Of a stretch of 64,000 nt of DNA, positions 1 to 12,180 are shown one piece after another (within the stretch, counting starts at the first letter, position 1; each line of letters begins with the position of its first letter). The notes under the pieces were generated by a model that was not told where the DNA came from, did no database searches, and was given only the letters and a program-made list of their open reading frames with translations. This DNA comes from Isurus oxyrinchus (taxonomy: Eukaryota), in the NCBI GenBank assembly GCA_026770705.1, contig JANJGN010000036.1, positions 2,542,001-2,606,000 of the forward strand. Direction: 5' to 3'. The position numbers and the translations under genes were made by a program.

Positions 1-380
1 GCTTGAGAGCAGGGTGGTGTGTTGAAATGGCAAGCGACAGGGAGGTCTGGATCATGCTTTTGAGCAGACCGAAGGTATTCTGCAAAGCGGTCAGCCAGTC
101 TGCTTTTGGTCTCTCCATTGTAGAGGAGACCACACTGGGAGCAGAGAATGCAGTAGAATAAATTGAGACAAGCGCTTCACTTGTAGGGAGTGTGTGGGCC
201 CTTGGACGGTGAGGAGGGGGCAAGTAAAGGGGTAGGTGGAACACCTTCTGCGGTTGCATGGGAAGGTCCCGCGGGAGGGGGTTGAGGTAAAGGTGGTGAT
301 AGAGGAGTGGACCAGGGAGTCCGGGAGGGAACAATCCCTGCAAATATGGCCATGGTGGGGTGAAGTGAAGATGCATTTCA
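1..380 (-). mobile_element. Penelope-like retroelement fragment (GIY-YIG endonuclease region)
   Basis: The minus strand translates as YCILCSQCGLLYNGETKSRLADRFAEYLRS, matching the PLE GIY-YIG motif (YCIxCxxCxxxYIGET..RLxxRFxEH). Degenerate. Confidence 0.75.
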
Positions 381-479
381 AATGGGTTCTATGAAACTTG
401 AAGAGAAGGTAGAGCAATCTCAAGTGTGGGACATATGGCGATGTTGCCTAGCAATCAGGGTCCAGGAAGGAAGGCTCGC

Positions 480-487
480 GCACACAT

Positions 488-546
<59 letters not shown>
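480..546. repeat. (CA)n microsatellite
   Basis: Long CA dinucleotide run seen directly. Confidence 0.95.
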
Positions 547-547
<1 letters not shown>

Positions 548-1309
548 CAGAAAAAGAGTCAGTTTGTGCACACTGGAAAGCAACTGCCAGAGAGAGGCTG
601 GAAAGAGCAGGGCTACCAATACCAAGTCCCAAACTGAAGTCGAAGCCAAGACTCCAGATAAGGAGTCAACTGGGTGAAGGGACTGCAGAGAGCAGATTTC
701 CCAAAGTAAATGAAAGTTCTCAAAGCCAAGGAGTGAGACCGAAACGGTACAAAGTCCAAAGAATGCTTTCCAGGCAAATGAAGGACGGGAACCTGGTGTG
801 GAATCGATTGGATATGTAGATATGCTCATTTTGCCATGCAATCTACCTGAGGAGTCACAGGAAGAAAGTTCTGTTCACGCTGCATCTAAACCTCAGCTCC
901 TCACGGACAAAAAGGGCAGCTGCCAGTGAGGTTGAAACACCATCAGACACCCACTGTGCTGCCACCGGAGAAGGTGGTTAATGAACTGAATGACCCAATT
1001 CACATCCAAGTTTGATTATTCTTAAAATGAATCATTAATCTGCTCGGAGACTAGTTGAGAGGAAATGGTCCATGAGCACTTCAGAGACAAAATTAAAATG
1101 GTTTGAAATTTATAATGACGAATTCAAATACTTTAAAGATGGATTTGTAGACGTTTGCTGATTATCAAACTCTGACACTGTTCACTGGTAGGATTTATTC
1201 TTCAGGATAAATCAGACAGAAGATTTCATAAAGATGTTGCCCAAAATATTGTCTTCAATTTTAGTCGTGGATTATTCGATGAATGCACTTGTTTTACCGA
1301 CATTCCGCA

Positions 1310-2600
1310 GTCTAACCTCAGCGGTGGGGAAACTATTGGAAGCAAACCTGAGGGACAGAATTGATCTACACTTGGAGAGGCAGGGGTTAATTAAACACAG
1401 GCAGCATGGTTGTATGAAGGGGAGGTCATGTCTGACCAATTTGATTGAAGTTTTCGAGGAGGTGACCAGGTTTGTAGATGCGGGAAATCTATCTGATGTA
1501 GTACACTTGGACTTCAGCAATGCTTTTGATAAATTGGATCCACAATTGACTGAGTGGCAGGAAGCAGTGTGTGATGGTCGAATGGTTTTTTAGTGACTGG
1601 ATGCCTGTGTCAAGTGGGATTCCACAGGGATCGGTATTGGGTTCTTTGCTATTTGTAAACGGTTCAGACTTGAATGTAGGTGGGTTGATCAGTAAGTTCG
1701 CAGATGGCACGAAAATTGGTCAGGTGGTAAACAGTGAGGAGGATAGCCACAGGTTGCAGGAGGATACAGACGGGCTGGTCAGATGGGCTGATCAGTGGAA
1801 AATGGCATTTAATCCAAATAAGTGTGAGATGATGCATTGGGGCTGGACAAGCAAGACAAGGGACTACACGATGAATGGTAGGGCCCCGGGAATAAGGAGG
1901 AGCAGAGGTGCCTTGGTGTGCATGTTCTCCTGTCCATTAATGAAGCGTATCATGTAGGTAAGGTGGTTATGAAGGCATATTGGATATTTGCCTTTGTTAT
2001 CCGAGGCATAGTATATAATGGCAGGGACTTTATGCTGGAACAGAATAGATTGCACGTTAAGCCACAGCTAGAGTATTGCATGCAGTTCTGGAATCCACAT
2101 TAGTGCAATTGCTCTAGAGCGAGTGCTGAGGAGATATATATGGATGTTACCTGGGCTGGAGAGTTTTAGTTATGAGGAGAGATTGGATAGACTGGGGTTA
2201 TTACCTTTAGAGCAGAGATGATTGAGGGGGACATGATTGAGGTGTATAAAATTATGAGGGTCATAGAGAGAGCTGACAGGAAGGGACTTTCTCCTTTGGT
2301 GGAGGAATCAATAACTTGGGGGCATGGATATAAGCGAAGGAGCAGAAGATGTAGAGGGAATGAAAGGAAGATTTTTTCACCTAGAAGGCGGTGGGGAGTT
2401 GGAACTCATTGCCTGAAAGGGGATTAGAGGCAGAAACCCTGGCATCATTTAAGAAGATTTTGGATGTGCACTTGCGATGCCTTCGCATAGAAGGCAATGG
2501 TTTAGTTCTGGAAAATGGGATTAGAATATTTTGCTACTTGTATGAAGGGAGTATACCCGACGGGGCCAAGGGCATTTTTCGGTGCCGTCGACCCCTATGA
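1310..2600 (+). mobile_element. CR1-type LINE, 5'-truncated, degenerate reverse-transcriptase 3' half
   Basis: Fragments QHGCMKGRSCLTNLIEVFEEV, DVVHLDFSNAFDK, SGIPQGSVLGSLLF, ISKFADGTK, WADQWKMAFNPNKC, KPQLEYCMQFWNPH and GDMIEVYKIM, broken by frameshifts. Confidence 0.9.
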
Positions 2601-3549
2601 TACTATGGCTCTATGACTGCACCCATGTTGGATACCTTTCTGATTCTGAATACGACAAAATTCGGGTCAATGGGGTACATTAAATGGTTTGCGTCAGGTC
2701 ACGAAATTGTTGGTCCCAGCTTCGAGGTTATAACTATTAGGAAAGATTGAACAGGCCGAGGCTCTTTCCTCTAGAAAAGTGGAGGCAGAGGAGGTGACCT
2801 GATAGAGGCCTTTAAAGTTATGAACATATTCGATACGCTAGAAATAATGGCAGTGGGACCAGCACTCGGGACCATCAATATAAGATAGTCACCAATAAAT
2901 CCAACCAGGAATGCAGCAGAAATAACTTTACTTGAACAGTGTGAAGAACGTGAAACTCGCACCCAAAGGTCGCGGTGAATCGCCGAGATGCACTGAAAGG
3001 GGGAATCAGGATAAACACACGAGTTGTAAGGGATAGAGGATATTTTCATGGTGTGGGATTACAGGAGGTAGGAGGAAGTTCTGTGAAGCGGAAACACCTG
3101 CACATAGCAAATGGCCCTTGATCCACAGGAATAATTCTGACACAAAGAGACAGGCGGGAGACAGATTCCGGATGAAACAATCACTAAAATATTAGCGCCA
3201 TATTCTTGTTTTTTTTTCAACTTGGCGTGTTTTTGTTGAAATCAGAATAAATGAATGTGTTCAGGGTGAATTAAATAGAACACTCGGAACGAGGGGCATT
3301 TCCCCTTTCCCCTCGCAAATGTTCTAAGGAGTAATGTTGTTGAATTCAGCATCATTGCATTTTGGCTGCACTTTGAACCAGCCCGGACTGCGCACCGCCT
3401 GTGACGTGTGTTTACCACGATCTGCAGCGTGTTGTCCTTTGCAGGCAGAGCCGTGTGTGGTCTCCTAACCTACATACAGGCAACCCTCTGCTAAAACTTA
3501 CACCATGCTGAATTTTCCAGTGCGCTATTTTAAACGTTTCATGTAAGTT

Positions 3550-3730
3550 TCCCCCGTGTCCCTGGGGCCAATAATTATCCCCGAAAAATATCATTAAATG
3601 CACGATCTGAGTCATAATCACTTTGTTATTTGTGGGTCTGGCTGGGCGCAATTACGGCTGCCGCATTTCCTTCATAACAACAGACTACACTTTAAATAAA
3701 AAAATCTTCCATTGTCCCTGAAGCGCCTCC
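3550..3730 (+). mobile_element. DeuSINE-like (shark SINE) 3' fragment upstream of the V exon of copy 1
   Basis: Motif ...ttatttgtgggtctggctgggcgcaattacggctgccgcatttcc..., homologous to copies at ~7680-7810, ~16030-16450, ~23020-23170(-), ~31600-31980(-) and ~45440-45570. Family assignment is from memory. Confidence 0.55.
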
Positions 3731-3904
3731 CTTACCTCTTGCTCCTGTTATTGTTTCAAATTTAACCCTCAACGTTTGACCCCATTAGCCTATATTTATG
3801 GATGGTCTATTATATATTTTACGGTTGTCGCCGATTCCGAATAGCAAGTATTTTCTCTCTCCCTGCCAAAGCAGGACCCATAATGTTGATTTTGTAACGC
3901 TCAG

Positions 3905-6900
3905 TTATTGTATCTCCATCAAATTTGTCCCAGACTTCGGAGGTTCAGAGTCTCTGGCTTGGAAGTAAAACAAGGTGCATTGTGACACTGCATAGTTGGC
4001 GGTGGTGGGGACAGGGCGGTAGATTGGTATAAACCGAACCAGCGGACGCATGTGCGACTGGTTTACACGGTAACAGAATACAAAACTACAACAGGGAGAT
4101 ATTCGGGAGAAGTTCACCAGAATCGACGCTCTATTCTCTGACTATTGCAGGTGTCCGGGCCAGTGATGCGGACATGTATTATTGTGTAGCTACGAAGCTC
4201 AGTTCGATGTCCTTTACGTTTGGAAATCGTTCAAAATGGTTTATCACAGGTACAAATTACGATTAATTTACATTTTGTATCATCAATAATCAGGAGGTTA
4301 AGGCCAATAGTGATCGAATCTCAGCGCCCGATCCCACCACGTTCCCCAATAATCGGCATTTTAACTCCGCCTCCACATGAAATTCTCTCTGTCGGCGGGG
4401 ACCTACTGGTGAGTTTGGTGAAGTATCTGGGTCCCGATTATTTTGCCGTCCGCTGGAATGTTTCCGGACGGGATGCCCAGGGACAGAAGGATTCCAGGAC
4501 AATCGAGTTGGACCGAACCGGCACCATCAGAAGTTAAATACTTCTCTGGGCGGAAAATTGAAGCAGCGGCGCTCTCTATACTTAAGCCGTTCAAATCAAC
4601 TCCAGTGAAAATCTTCCAATTGATATTGTCTCATCTCAGAGACGGAGTTGTTAACAGGTACTTCGTGCTTTTAATGTGCGACCTATTTATTCGTAACAAC
4701 TCTTTGCACATTTGAACTCCTCCCTTCAATGTGTTTACGTGTCATTTTCCGACCCCTTATCCCGCTATCATGTATCTCATCATTTCAGTATTCATCTATC
4801 TGCATTCTTAAGCCACCTTTCTAGCTGGAATAATAGCGTATGGAGAGAGAAAATCTATTTTGGCCTGTCAATAATTAAGTAAAATCCCAATTTTCTGTTT
4901 ACCGCTTCTTTCTCTCTCGATTCCTGTATTTTATTCTGTGTATTCCGTAGAGCTTCCAGCAATGACGCAGTGCTTTCTGCCCTTTGGCTAAGTGCTAGCG
5001 TTTCTGCTCCAAAGGAACCTCCTCCCACCCCTCTTCATCTCACCCCAGCAACTTATCCTTCCACTCCTTTCTCCTTCATGTGCTTATACAGCGTCACCCA
5101 TCAACGCATCTCTGTAATTCACCTCAGCCACTCCCAGTGGTAACGTGCTCCACATTCTCCCCGCTCCCTGTTATTGGAAATTAGAAATGTTGTCAGATCA
5201 CACTAAAAATTTACCGAAAAAACACTAAAATCTCCAGGCAGACTAGGCCACTAAATATAGCAAGCGTTGAAGATTACCTGATGAGCATTGCATAACCTTG
5301 AGACCCTGACTGGGGAGACAATCAGGATATAAATCCGATTAAGTGTACTCTCCTGTCACATAGGGAAGGGGCAGATGGTTTTAGCTTAGATATGGGAGGA
5401 CATACAATAGACAAAGAGGGGACTTCGATGAAACGCAAGCTGTCTTGAGCTGTGGGAACCAGTGTTTTTGAGTATGTGTTTTAATTTTGGATAATCTAAT
5501 TATGTATACCTGCTTTAGAATAATTGGTTAGCAAAATCACATGTTTATGTACTCAATATGATAGTTAACATTAGAAGGATGTGTCGGTGACCGATTGGAT
5601 GTATTCAAATGTACTCAAACGTATTATGTTAAGGAAAAGTACAAAAGTAATGAAACACAATAAACCTGGGAGCTGGGTCTTCATTTTTAGGAATGATTGC
5701 AGCTACCATGCACATGCTTGAATAAAATCGTTCACAGGAATCGTGAGTCTCTGTGGTCGTTGTGTGATCGGGGATAATAACTTCCCCTCTTCAACTGGCC
5801 GATGTGGTAGTTCCAGGATTGGAGGGAGTACCTTCTTCACTGGTTACCCCACAGACTCCTCTCTGCTCGAAAAAAAGAAGCCAGCCTATCCAAACTTCCC
5901 TGATTGTCATAACTTCTCAGTTTTGGCATAATTCCAGCAAACCTTTTCTTTTTCGCAATTGCCCCTGTGCCTGCATATTCTTTGTATGATATGCAGACCA
6001 GAATAGTTCACAGGACTCTATGTATGGTCTAGCTAAGTTTTGATGTAGCTTTAATGCCGCCTTTCTTCTTTTCATTGCTGGGCCTGGTTTTTATCACCTT
6101 ATTTACCTCTTTCACTAATTTCAGTCATGTTTGTCTTGTGCCTCAGAGCCCTTTGCTCTTCTTTCCGATTTAATCGCTTGTTTTCCAGTGAGTGTTTTGC
6201 CCAAACCCTATCACTATATCTAACCCAAACCCCAATCATACTCCTTCCTAGTTAAACGGCCCCTATATATCATTTCATCCAAGACAAAGGAAAGGAATCC
6301 GCTGGTTGGCTATAAGGCACTTAGAATTTCATGCCTGGCAGACAAACCCTTAACATCAATTACTATTTTCAATTACTATTTCAAGCTTAACACATCTAGA
6401 TAGAACCTGTATGGAGTTCCATAAGGGCTTCATGTGTTTGTGTTTTATAAATGTATCTATGTATCCCTCACTCGCACATGATCTTTTTTTCTAACTCTGT
6501 ATCCATCTATCTATCTATCTATCTATCCATCTATCTATCTAACAATCTATCTATCTATGTATGCATGTATCTATCCATCTATCCACCGCCTCTCTGTCTC
6601 TCTCTTTCTTTCTCTCTCTCTTTATAATTCTCTCACACGCCGTCGACGTGACTGTCTCTCTCTATCTAGCCATCCACCTACCTTCAAATTTGTAAATTTG
6701 TTTCGCTTGCCTAATAAATGTCGAATTTTCATTTTTATGTGCTTGGTGATGATGGTGACATTCACAGGGCTGACTTCGTTTCGGCATCCCGAGCACCACT
6801 TTGTATGTGGTGCTGGATCTCCTTGAACCTTGTGCAAGAGCCAAAAAGCTCGGGTTGTGGGATTTTTTCTGAAATCCAATGAGATTTTTTCAATTTACGT

Positions 6901-7204
6901 TCCCTGCCACTTGCAGTTTCCACTTTCAGGGAGTTCCTCCGCGACGAACCTTTCCTTCGGGGGATATTTCTTGTGGCCGGGAGAAGGACTTCCAGGAACC
7001 GGCAGTCAGGGATAGATTACAGAGACAATCTATAACTCTGAGGCGCTCTCAATTCATCCATTAATCACTGGGTTTGTGGCACTTTCAGCTATTTGAATGT
7101 GAACTGAGGTCATTTTAACTAAGTATCAATTTCATTTTCTAACAGGCATCATGAACAGTGATGCGGAACTTACACATTCCAGAGCAAGGACAGAAAAAAA
7201 TGCG
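3905..7204 (+). pseudogene. Type 1 VJ-C1-TM Ig-superfamily receptor pseudogene (copy 1)
   Basis: V exon 3905-4249 (WYKP..., LYSLTIAGVRASDADMYYCVATKLSSMSFTFGNRSKWFIT|GT) has frameshifts and stops. C1 exon ~4341-4643 (FAVRWNVSGRDAQG...) has lost its acceptor, has Cys->Ser and a TAA at 4535-4537. TM exon ~6893-7009 is degenerate and lacks a GT donor. The 59-nt cytoplasmic exon 7146-7204 is present. No terminal exon found. Confidence 0.88.
5169..5782 (+). mobile_element. Probable solo LTR inserted in the C-TM intron of copy 1
   Basis: Starts TGTTATT and ends AATAACT (near-inverted termini), flanked by TCCC/TCCC, with AATAAA at ~5721. Absent from the paralogous intron near 46370. Confidence 0.5.
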
Positions 7205-8069
7205 GTAACTATGGATTTGTTTCCTAACATGTACAGATTCATTTCACTGAATTTTAACCTAAGGTTTAAAATTCATAGTTCATGTTTTATTAGTCTAAGA
7301 GATTTTGCATAGTTCACATTGCAAAATAACACTGTTTACATGTCATATAACATTGCGACAACAGATCAAAAATATAGACAAGTGTTCAGTTGAATATGTC
7401 AAAGTTTTTACGTTTTTGTTGGGTAAAGGGCATTAACTTTTAGCGAACGAAGGAGAGGAGATTGTGTCCTCTTCACAATTGCAGCCATGAGATGTGGGAC
7501 ATTTCGATTTATCTGGAATTCTCACCTTTAGACCATTCAGCCCCTCTGCAGAGGAGGAATATTCCAGAAAGCGGCGGCGTCGCCTCCTCGCCCTCCTGAC
7601 TTTCCTCAGTGAGATTCCCCTGGGGCCCCCCCCCCCCGCGCATCAGGCCTCACTGCGCCCGGGACCGAGACTTATCCCTTCACCCAACAGACTGTCTGAT
7701 TATTACCACTGTGCTATTTGTGGGATCTTGCTGTGCGCTTACTGTTCGCCGCATTTCCGAGAATGCAAGAGTGACCGCCCTTGAAAAAGTAATTCATGTG
7801 AAGCGCCTTTACCTCCTTCCTATTCCTTTCTTTTTCTATCTCTCTTTCTCTCTTTCTTTCTTTCTTTCTTTGTTCCTTCCTCTCCTTCCAGGTCTGATCT
7901 CAAATTTAACCCTCAGCGCTTTATCCCCGCTACAGGTCAGGAACTGGCGATCCTTCCTGACAGAATGTCCCTGTCACCAGGTGACAGGCGGAATGTCTCA
8001 TTGGTATAAAACAGGTTTTATGTTTCCCTGACATAACAGGATGTCTTGTGATGTGTTCTGTCCCCTCAG

Positions 8070-8408
8070 TGACCGTCTCTCAGGCCGCGTTCCCGCAATC
8101 TCCGGCCGCTCAGACCGTCTCGGTGGGCAGTAGCTTCAAGGTGCATTGCCACACAGGCTGGTTATCAAGTGGAGCTGTTTACTGGTATAAACAGCGGCAC
8201 CGAGAGCACCTGCAGTTCGTTCACAAGGTGAGAAAGCACATCCCTGCAGAGGGAAGGTTTTCAGGAGAAATCAACGACAAATCTACCATTTACTCCCTGG
8301 TGATCGAGGAGGTCCAGAGAAATGACTCGGGTGTTTATTACTGCGCAGCACGGAAAACCCCTGGAAAGTCCCTGGTCTTCGGGACCGGCTCCAAATTGTT
8401 CACCACAG
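8070..8408 (+). CDS. Germline-joined V-J Ig domain exon of copy 2 (open reading frame)
   Basis: 339-nt phase 1-1 exon with B-strand Cys, WYKQ, YSLVI, DSGVYYC and FGTGSKL in one exon. No RSS. Confidence 0.85.
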
Positions 8409-8464
8409 GTAAAAAAAAAGAGAAATGAGATTGTTTACTCGCTTTATCACTGTTTTTTCCTTCG

Positions 8465-8805
8465 CTCACGGGATGTGGGTGTTCTGGCTCGGCAAAGCAT
8501 TTATTACCCATCCCTAATTACACTTGTTCAGGAGGCATTTAACAGAAGGTGTGGATCTGGAGTCAGATGTAGGGTCAGACCGGGTAAGGGCGGCAGATTT
8601 CCTTCCCTAAAGGGCATTAGTGAACCAGATAGGGGTTATTTTCTTAATGATGACAATCGATTCCTTGTCATCATTAGACTTTTAATTCCAGATTCTTATT
8701 CCGTTCCAATTCCTCCCTCTGCCGATTCGAAGCCGGGTCCCCAGAGCATTACTCACTCTCTTGATTACCCCAGCCCAGTGAAAATACCACTCCGCACCGT
8801 GTCCC
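8465..8805 (-). mobile_element. HE1-like shark SINE in the V-C intron of copy 2
   Basis: Reverse-complement homology to the SINE at ~11690-12180 (ggaaatctgccg..., aattagggatggg, cccacatccc). Explains why this intron is 462 nt versus ~90-102 nt in paralogues. Confidence 0.65.
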
Positions 8806-9289
8806 CCAACAACCAATAACCAGGAATTCACGGTGAATAATAATTACATCTTACCTCCCAAACTCGCCAGGTACGCCGACAATATTCCTTTTAGCTCCAC
8901 CAGTGGAGAAGCTGTTGAGATGGAGACTGTCCCATTGATGTGTTTGGTGACCAACGCGGCCTCTGTTACCCTTTCCGTTCGCTGGAATTTTTCCACGTGG
9001 GAGACAGAGGGATGGACGGATTCTGGAACAATCGACTCCAAAGGGGTGTACAATATAGGAAGCCTCATCAGGGTCCCACCAGGAACGTGCAGCGGGGGCG
9101 GGTTCTGCACTTGCTCTGTTCAAATCTCCTCCACTCAAAGTCTCATCAGTGAAAGGTTCTCATATCAGAGAGGTAACTATTGACATTGTCCCTTTACTGG
9201 TATAGTTAATTATTGATGTGAGACTGAATGGTTCGCGACACCACATATGTTATCTTAATAGTTGTTCCCTTTCCATGTATATGGACACA

Positions 9290-9905
9290 GGCACAGATTC
9301 GTAGAAAGTCTACAGCACAGGAAGAGGCCATGGTGCCTGCCTCGTACAAAACCGAGCTACCCAATCCTACTTTCCAACATTTAGTCCGTATTCCTGCATC
9401 TTACAGCGCTACAGAAACACATCCGGTTGCCTTTTAAATGAATTGAGGGTTTCTGCCTCTCCTGCCCTTTCAGCCAGTGAGTCTCAGACCCCTACAACAC
9501 TCTGGGTGAGAAATATCTTCCCTCGTCTCCCCTCTAATCTTTCTACAAATCACTATAAACCTGGACAATGACATCTCTGCTAAAGTAAAAAAAAACATTC
9601 ACATCCCCTCTATCCAGACTCCACACAATTTTGTACACATCAACCCCATCTCCCATCAGCCTCCTCTGCTCCAAGGAGAATACTCCCAGCCTATCCAATG
9701 TTTCTTCATAGCTGAAATTTTCCAGTCGTGGTAACATCCTTGTCAATTTGTTCTGTATTCTCTCTAATGCAATCAAGCCCTTTCTGTAATGAGATGACCA
9801 GAACTGCATACACAACTCACGCTGCAGCCTAACTCATGTTTAATACAGTTCCAGCATAGCCTCACTGCTCTTGCATCCTAAACCTCGTCTAATAAATGAA
9901 AGGAC
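9290..9905 (-). mobile_element. CR1-type LINE 3' fragment
   Basis: Minus ORF CMQFWSSHYRKGLIALERIQNKLTRMLPRLENFSYEETLDRLGVFSLEQRRLMGDGVDVYKI. Confidence 0.85.
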
Positions 9906-10235
9906 CTCGGGCTAATTACCAGGTCAATTACCTCTTCCGTATCTCTCAATGTTTCAGTGTTTAGCTCCCTAAAATTTGAAGCTCATCTGTTTAACTATGC
10001 CAGAGATGCATGGTGGGAGATAAGGAATCAGGCTGAAATTTTGCAGTTTAAACTAGGAAAATTGAAATTCAATTTCCAGTTTGAAACTTGAGCAGTATTT
10101 TGCTTCTATCCTCCCAAACGCATCCATTACAATACCATCAACATGTGCTCTTACCCTCATATACCTTTTTCCGCCGTGTGTTTAGGAGTTTCTCTGCAAT
10201 GAGACTTCCGTTGTATACATTTCCACATTCTAACG

Positions 10236-10400
10236 ATAAAAGAAGCAAAATACGGCGGATGCTGGAAATCTGAAGCAAAAACAGGAAAAAAAAAGGCCTG
10301 GAGAAGGGTCACGCAGACTCGAAATGTTAATTCCGTTTCTGTCTCCACAGATGCTGTCAGGCCCGCTGAGTTTTTCCAGTATTTTCTATTTTTGTTCCTC
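10236..10400. mobile_element. Older Penelope-derived inverted-repeat remnant
   Basis: gcggatgctggaaatctg... and ...gactcgaaatgttaa...gctgagtttttccag: a diverged relative of the 44822 and 57734 elements. Confidence 0.6.
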
Positions 10401-11689
10401 ATTCTAACCACCCTGAACAAAAAAAAAACACGGTTTCCCCTGAAACGCCAGTTGGGGTTCATAATTGGCAGAAGAGCTGAAAGCTCGACATTCCAGGAGT
10501 CAAAGCGGACTTTGCATTAAATTCAGATTGATACAAGAGTATGGGGAGTAGGTCCAAGTAGTGGAGCCGAATTTTGAATCCTTTGGCGAAGAAGAATGTT
10601 CTCCAATAGACACTAAACCACAAGACAACAATAACACTATCAGAGACAAAGTAAGCCACTTGATTGGCACCTTATAAATGCTCACCCTCTGCATGGGCCC
10701 AGTGGCAGTAAGATCTACCATCTACAAGATGTCCTGCATAATTTTGCCATGGTCACGTTGTTCTCTAATCTTATTGTGTTTTCTTGAATGTACCTCTTAG
10801 TCCTTGTCTCTTCCAGTCTCGCTCTTTCTCGCCACCAATCTGTCTATCCCTTTTTATTTTCATATTTTTATTTCACTCGGGTTGTTGATTATACTGGTAA
10901 AACTAACTTTGAGTCCCCATCCCTATTTTGAGTGGGCGTTGGTGTGTATCCTTGAAATTTTGGCAAGTGACAATCCCGTGTAAGGGATTCTTCAATATTG
11001 TTTCTCCCCCCACCCCACCCCACCCCCTCACCCCCGCTACCCCTACCCCGCCCCTTGCTCAGAGCCGCGAATATCTGCTTGTCTCCTGTTGTTTTACAGA
11101 AGTTCGTTGGTGATCTTTCTCCTTCTATTGACCTTGACTGTCGTCGCCGGATGGAGCTACATAAAGCGACATTCAGGTAGGAAGGGCTGTATATTTTGGG
11201 GGCTCTACACACCTGAATGAGAGTCGATGCAACCTTTGCCTCTTTTTGACACGTTAAGTAAAGCTATCAGGGTAAAAATTACAGACATTTATGCCCTTTT
11301 TTATATATCAGGCAACGGGAACTCGGATAAGACATTCACGGATTCTGGGTCACGTGAACGGAACCAAGAGGTAAATACATGGAGACTTTCTTTTGCAGTT
11401 TCTTGACGCTGATTTTATACAACAACCTTTATGCGGGATAGTTATGGTCCCGAAAGTCCACTAAGCTTCTCATAGTCAAAATGGCACCATTTACCATTTT
11501 GCTAGAACTGGAAACAGCTGGAAATATACATCTGGAGATTTAATAGCAGTACTGATATTTAATGATTTTTCAATCGAACGATAACAGGGTTAAATGGTTG
11601 AATTATGAGATCAGGTAGCACATATTTGTTGTTTATACTGAAGAACAAGTCATGTTCCAATTGTAATGATTAAGCTACTTAAATTATCT

Positions 11690-12180
11690 ATGGGTGATGT
11701 GGTGGCAGAGTGCTATTGTCACTGGGCTACAATTCCAGTGTAATTACCTGGGTACCCGGGTTCCAATTCCAGCGCAGCAGATGCTTCAATTTGAATTCAA
11801 TCATAATTTGGAATTCAAAAATCTCGAAACCATGGCTTATTGTCATAAAACCCTCTGAAGGAGGTCCATATGGACTCGAAATGTTAATTCCGTTTTTTTT
11901 CTCTCCACAGATGCTTCTAGACCTGTTGAGTTTTTCAAGCATTTTCTGTTTTTGTTTCAGATTTCCAGCATCCGCAGTATGTTGCTTTTATTATATTGTC
12001 GTAAAAATCCATATGGTTCACTAATGCCCCAAAGGGGAGGAAATCTGCCGCCCTCACCTGGTCTGGCTGACACGTGACTCAAGACCCACAGCAATGTGGT
12101 TGACCCTTAACTACAATTAGGGATGGGCACTCAGTGCTCTCCTAGCCAGCGACGCCCACATCCCATGAACGAATAAATAA
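11690..12180 (+). mobile_element. HE1-like SINE interrupted by a Penelope-derived fragment (~11853-11993)
   Basis: tRNA-like head (gtggcagagtg...ggttccaattcc) and AATAAATAA tail. The internal insert is flanked by the direct repeat tattgtc(a/g)taaaa. Confidence 0.6.
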
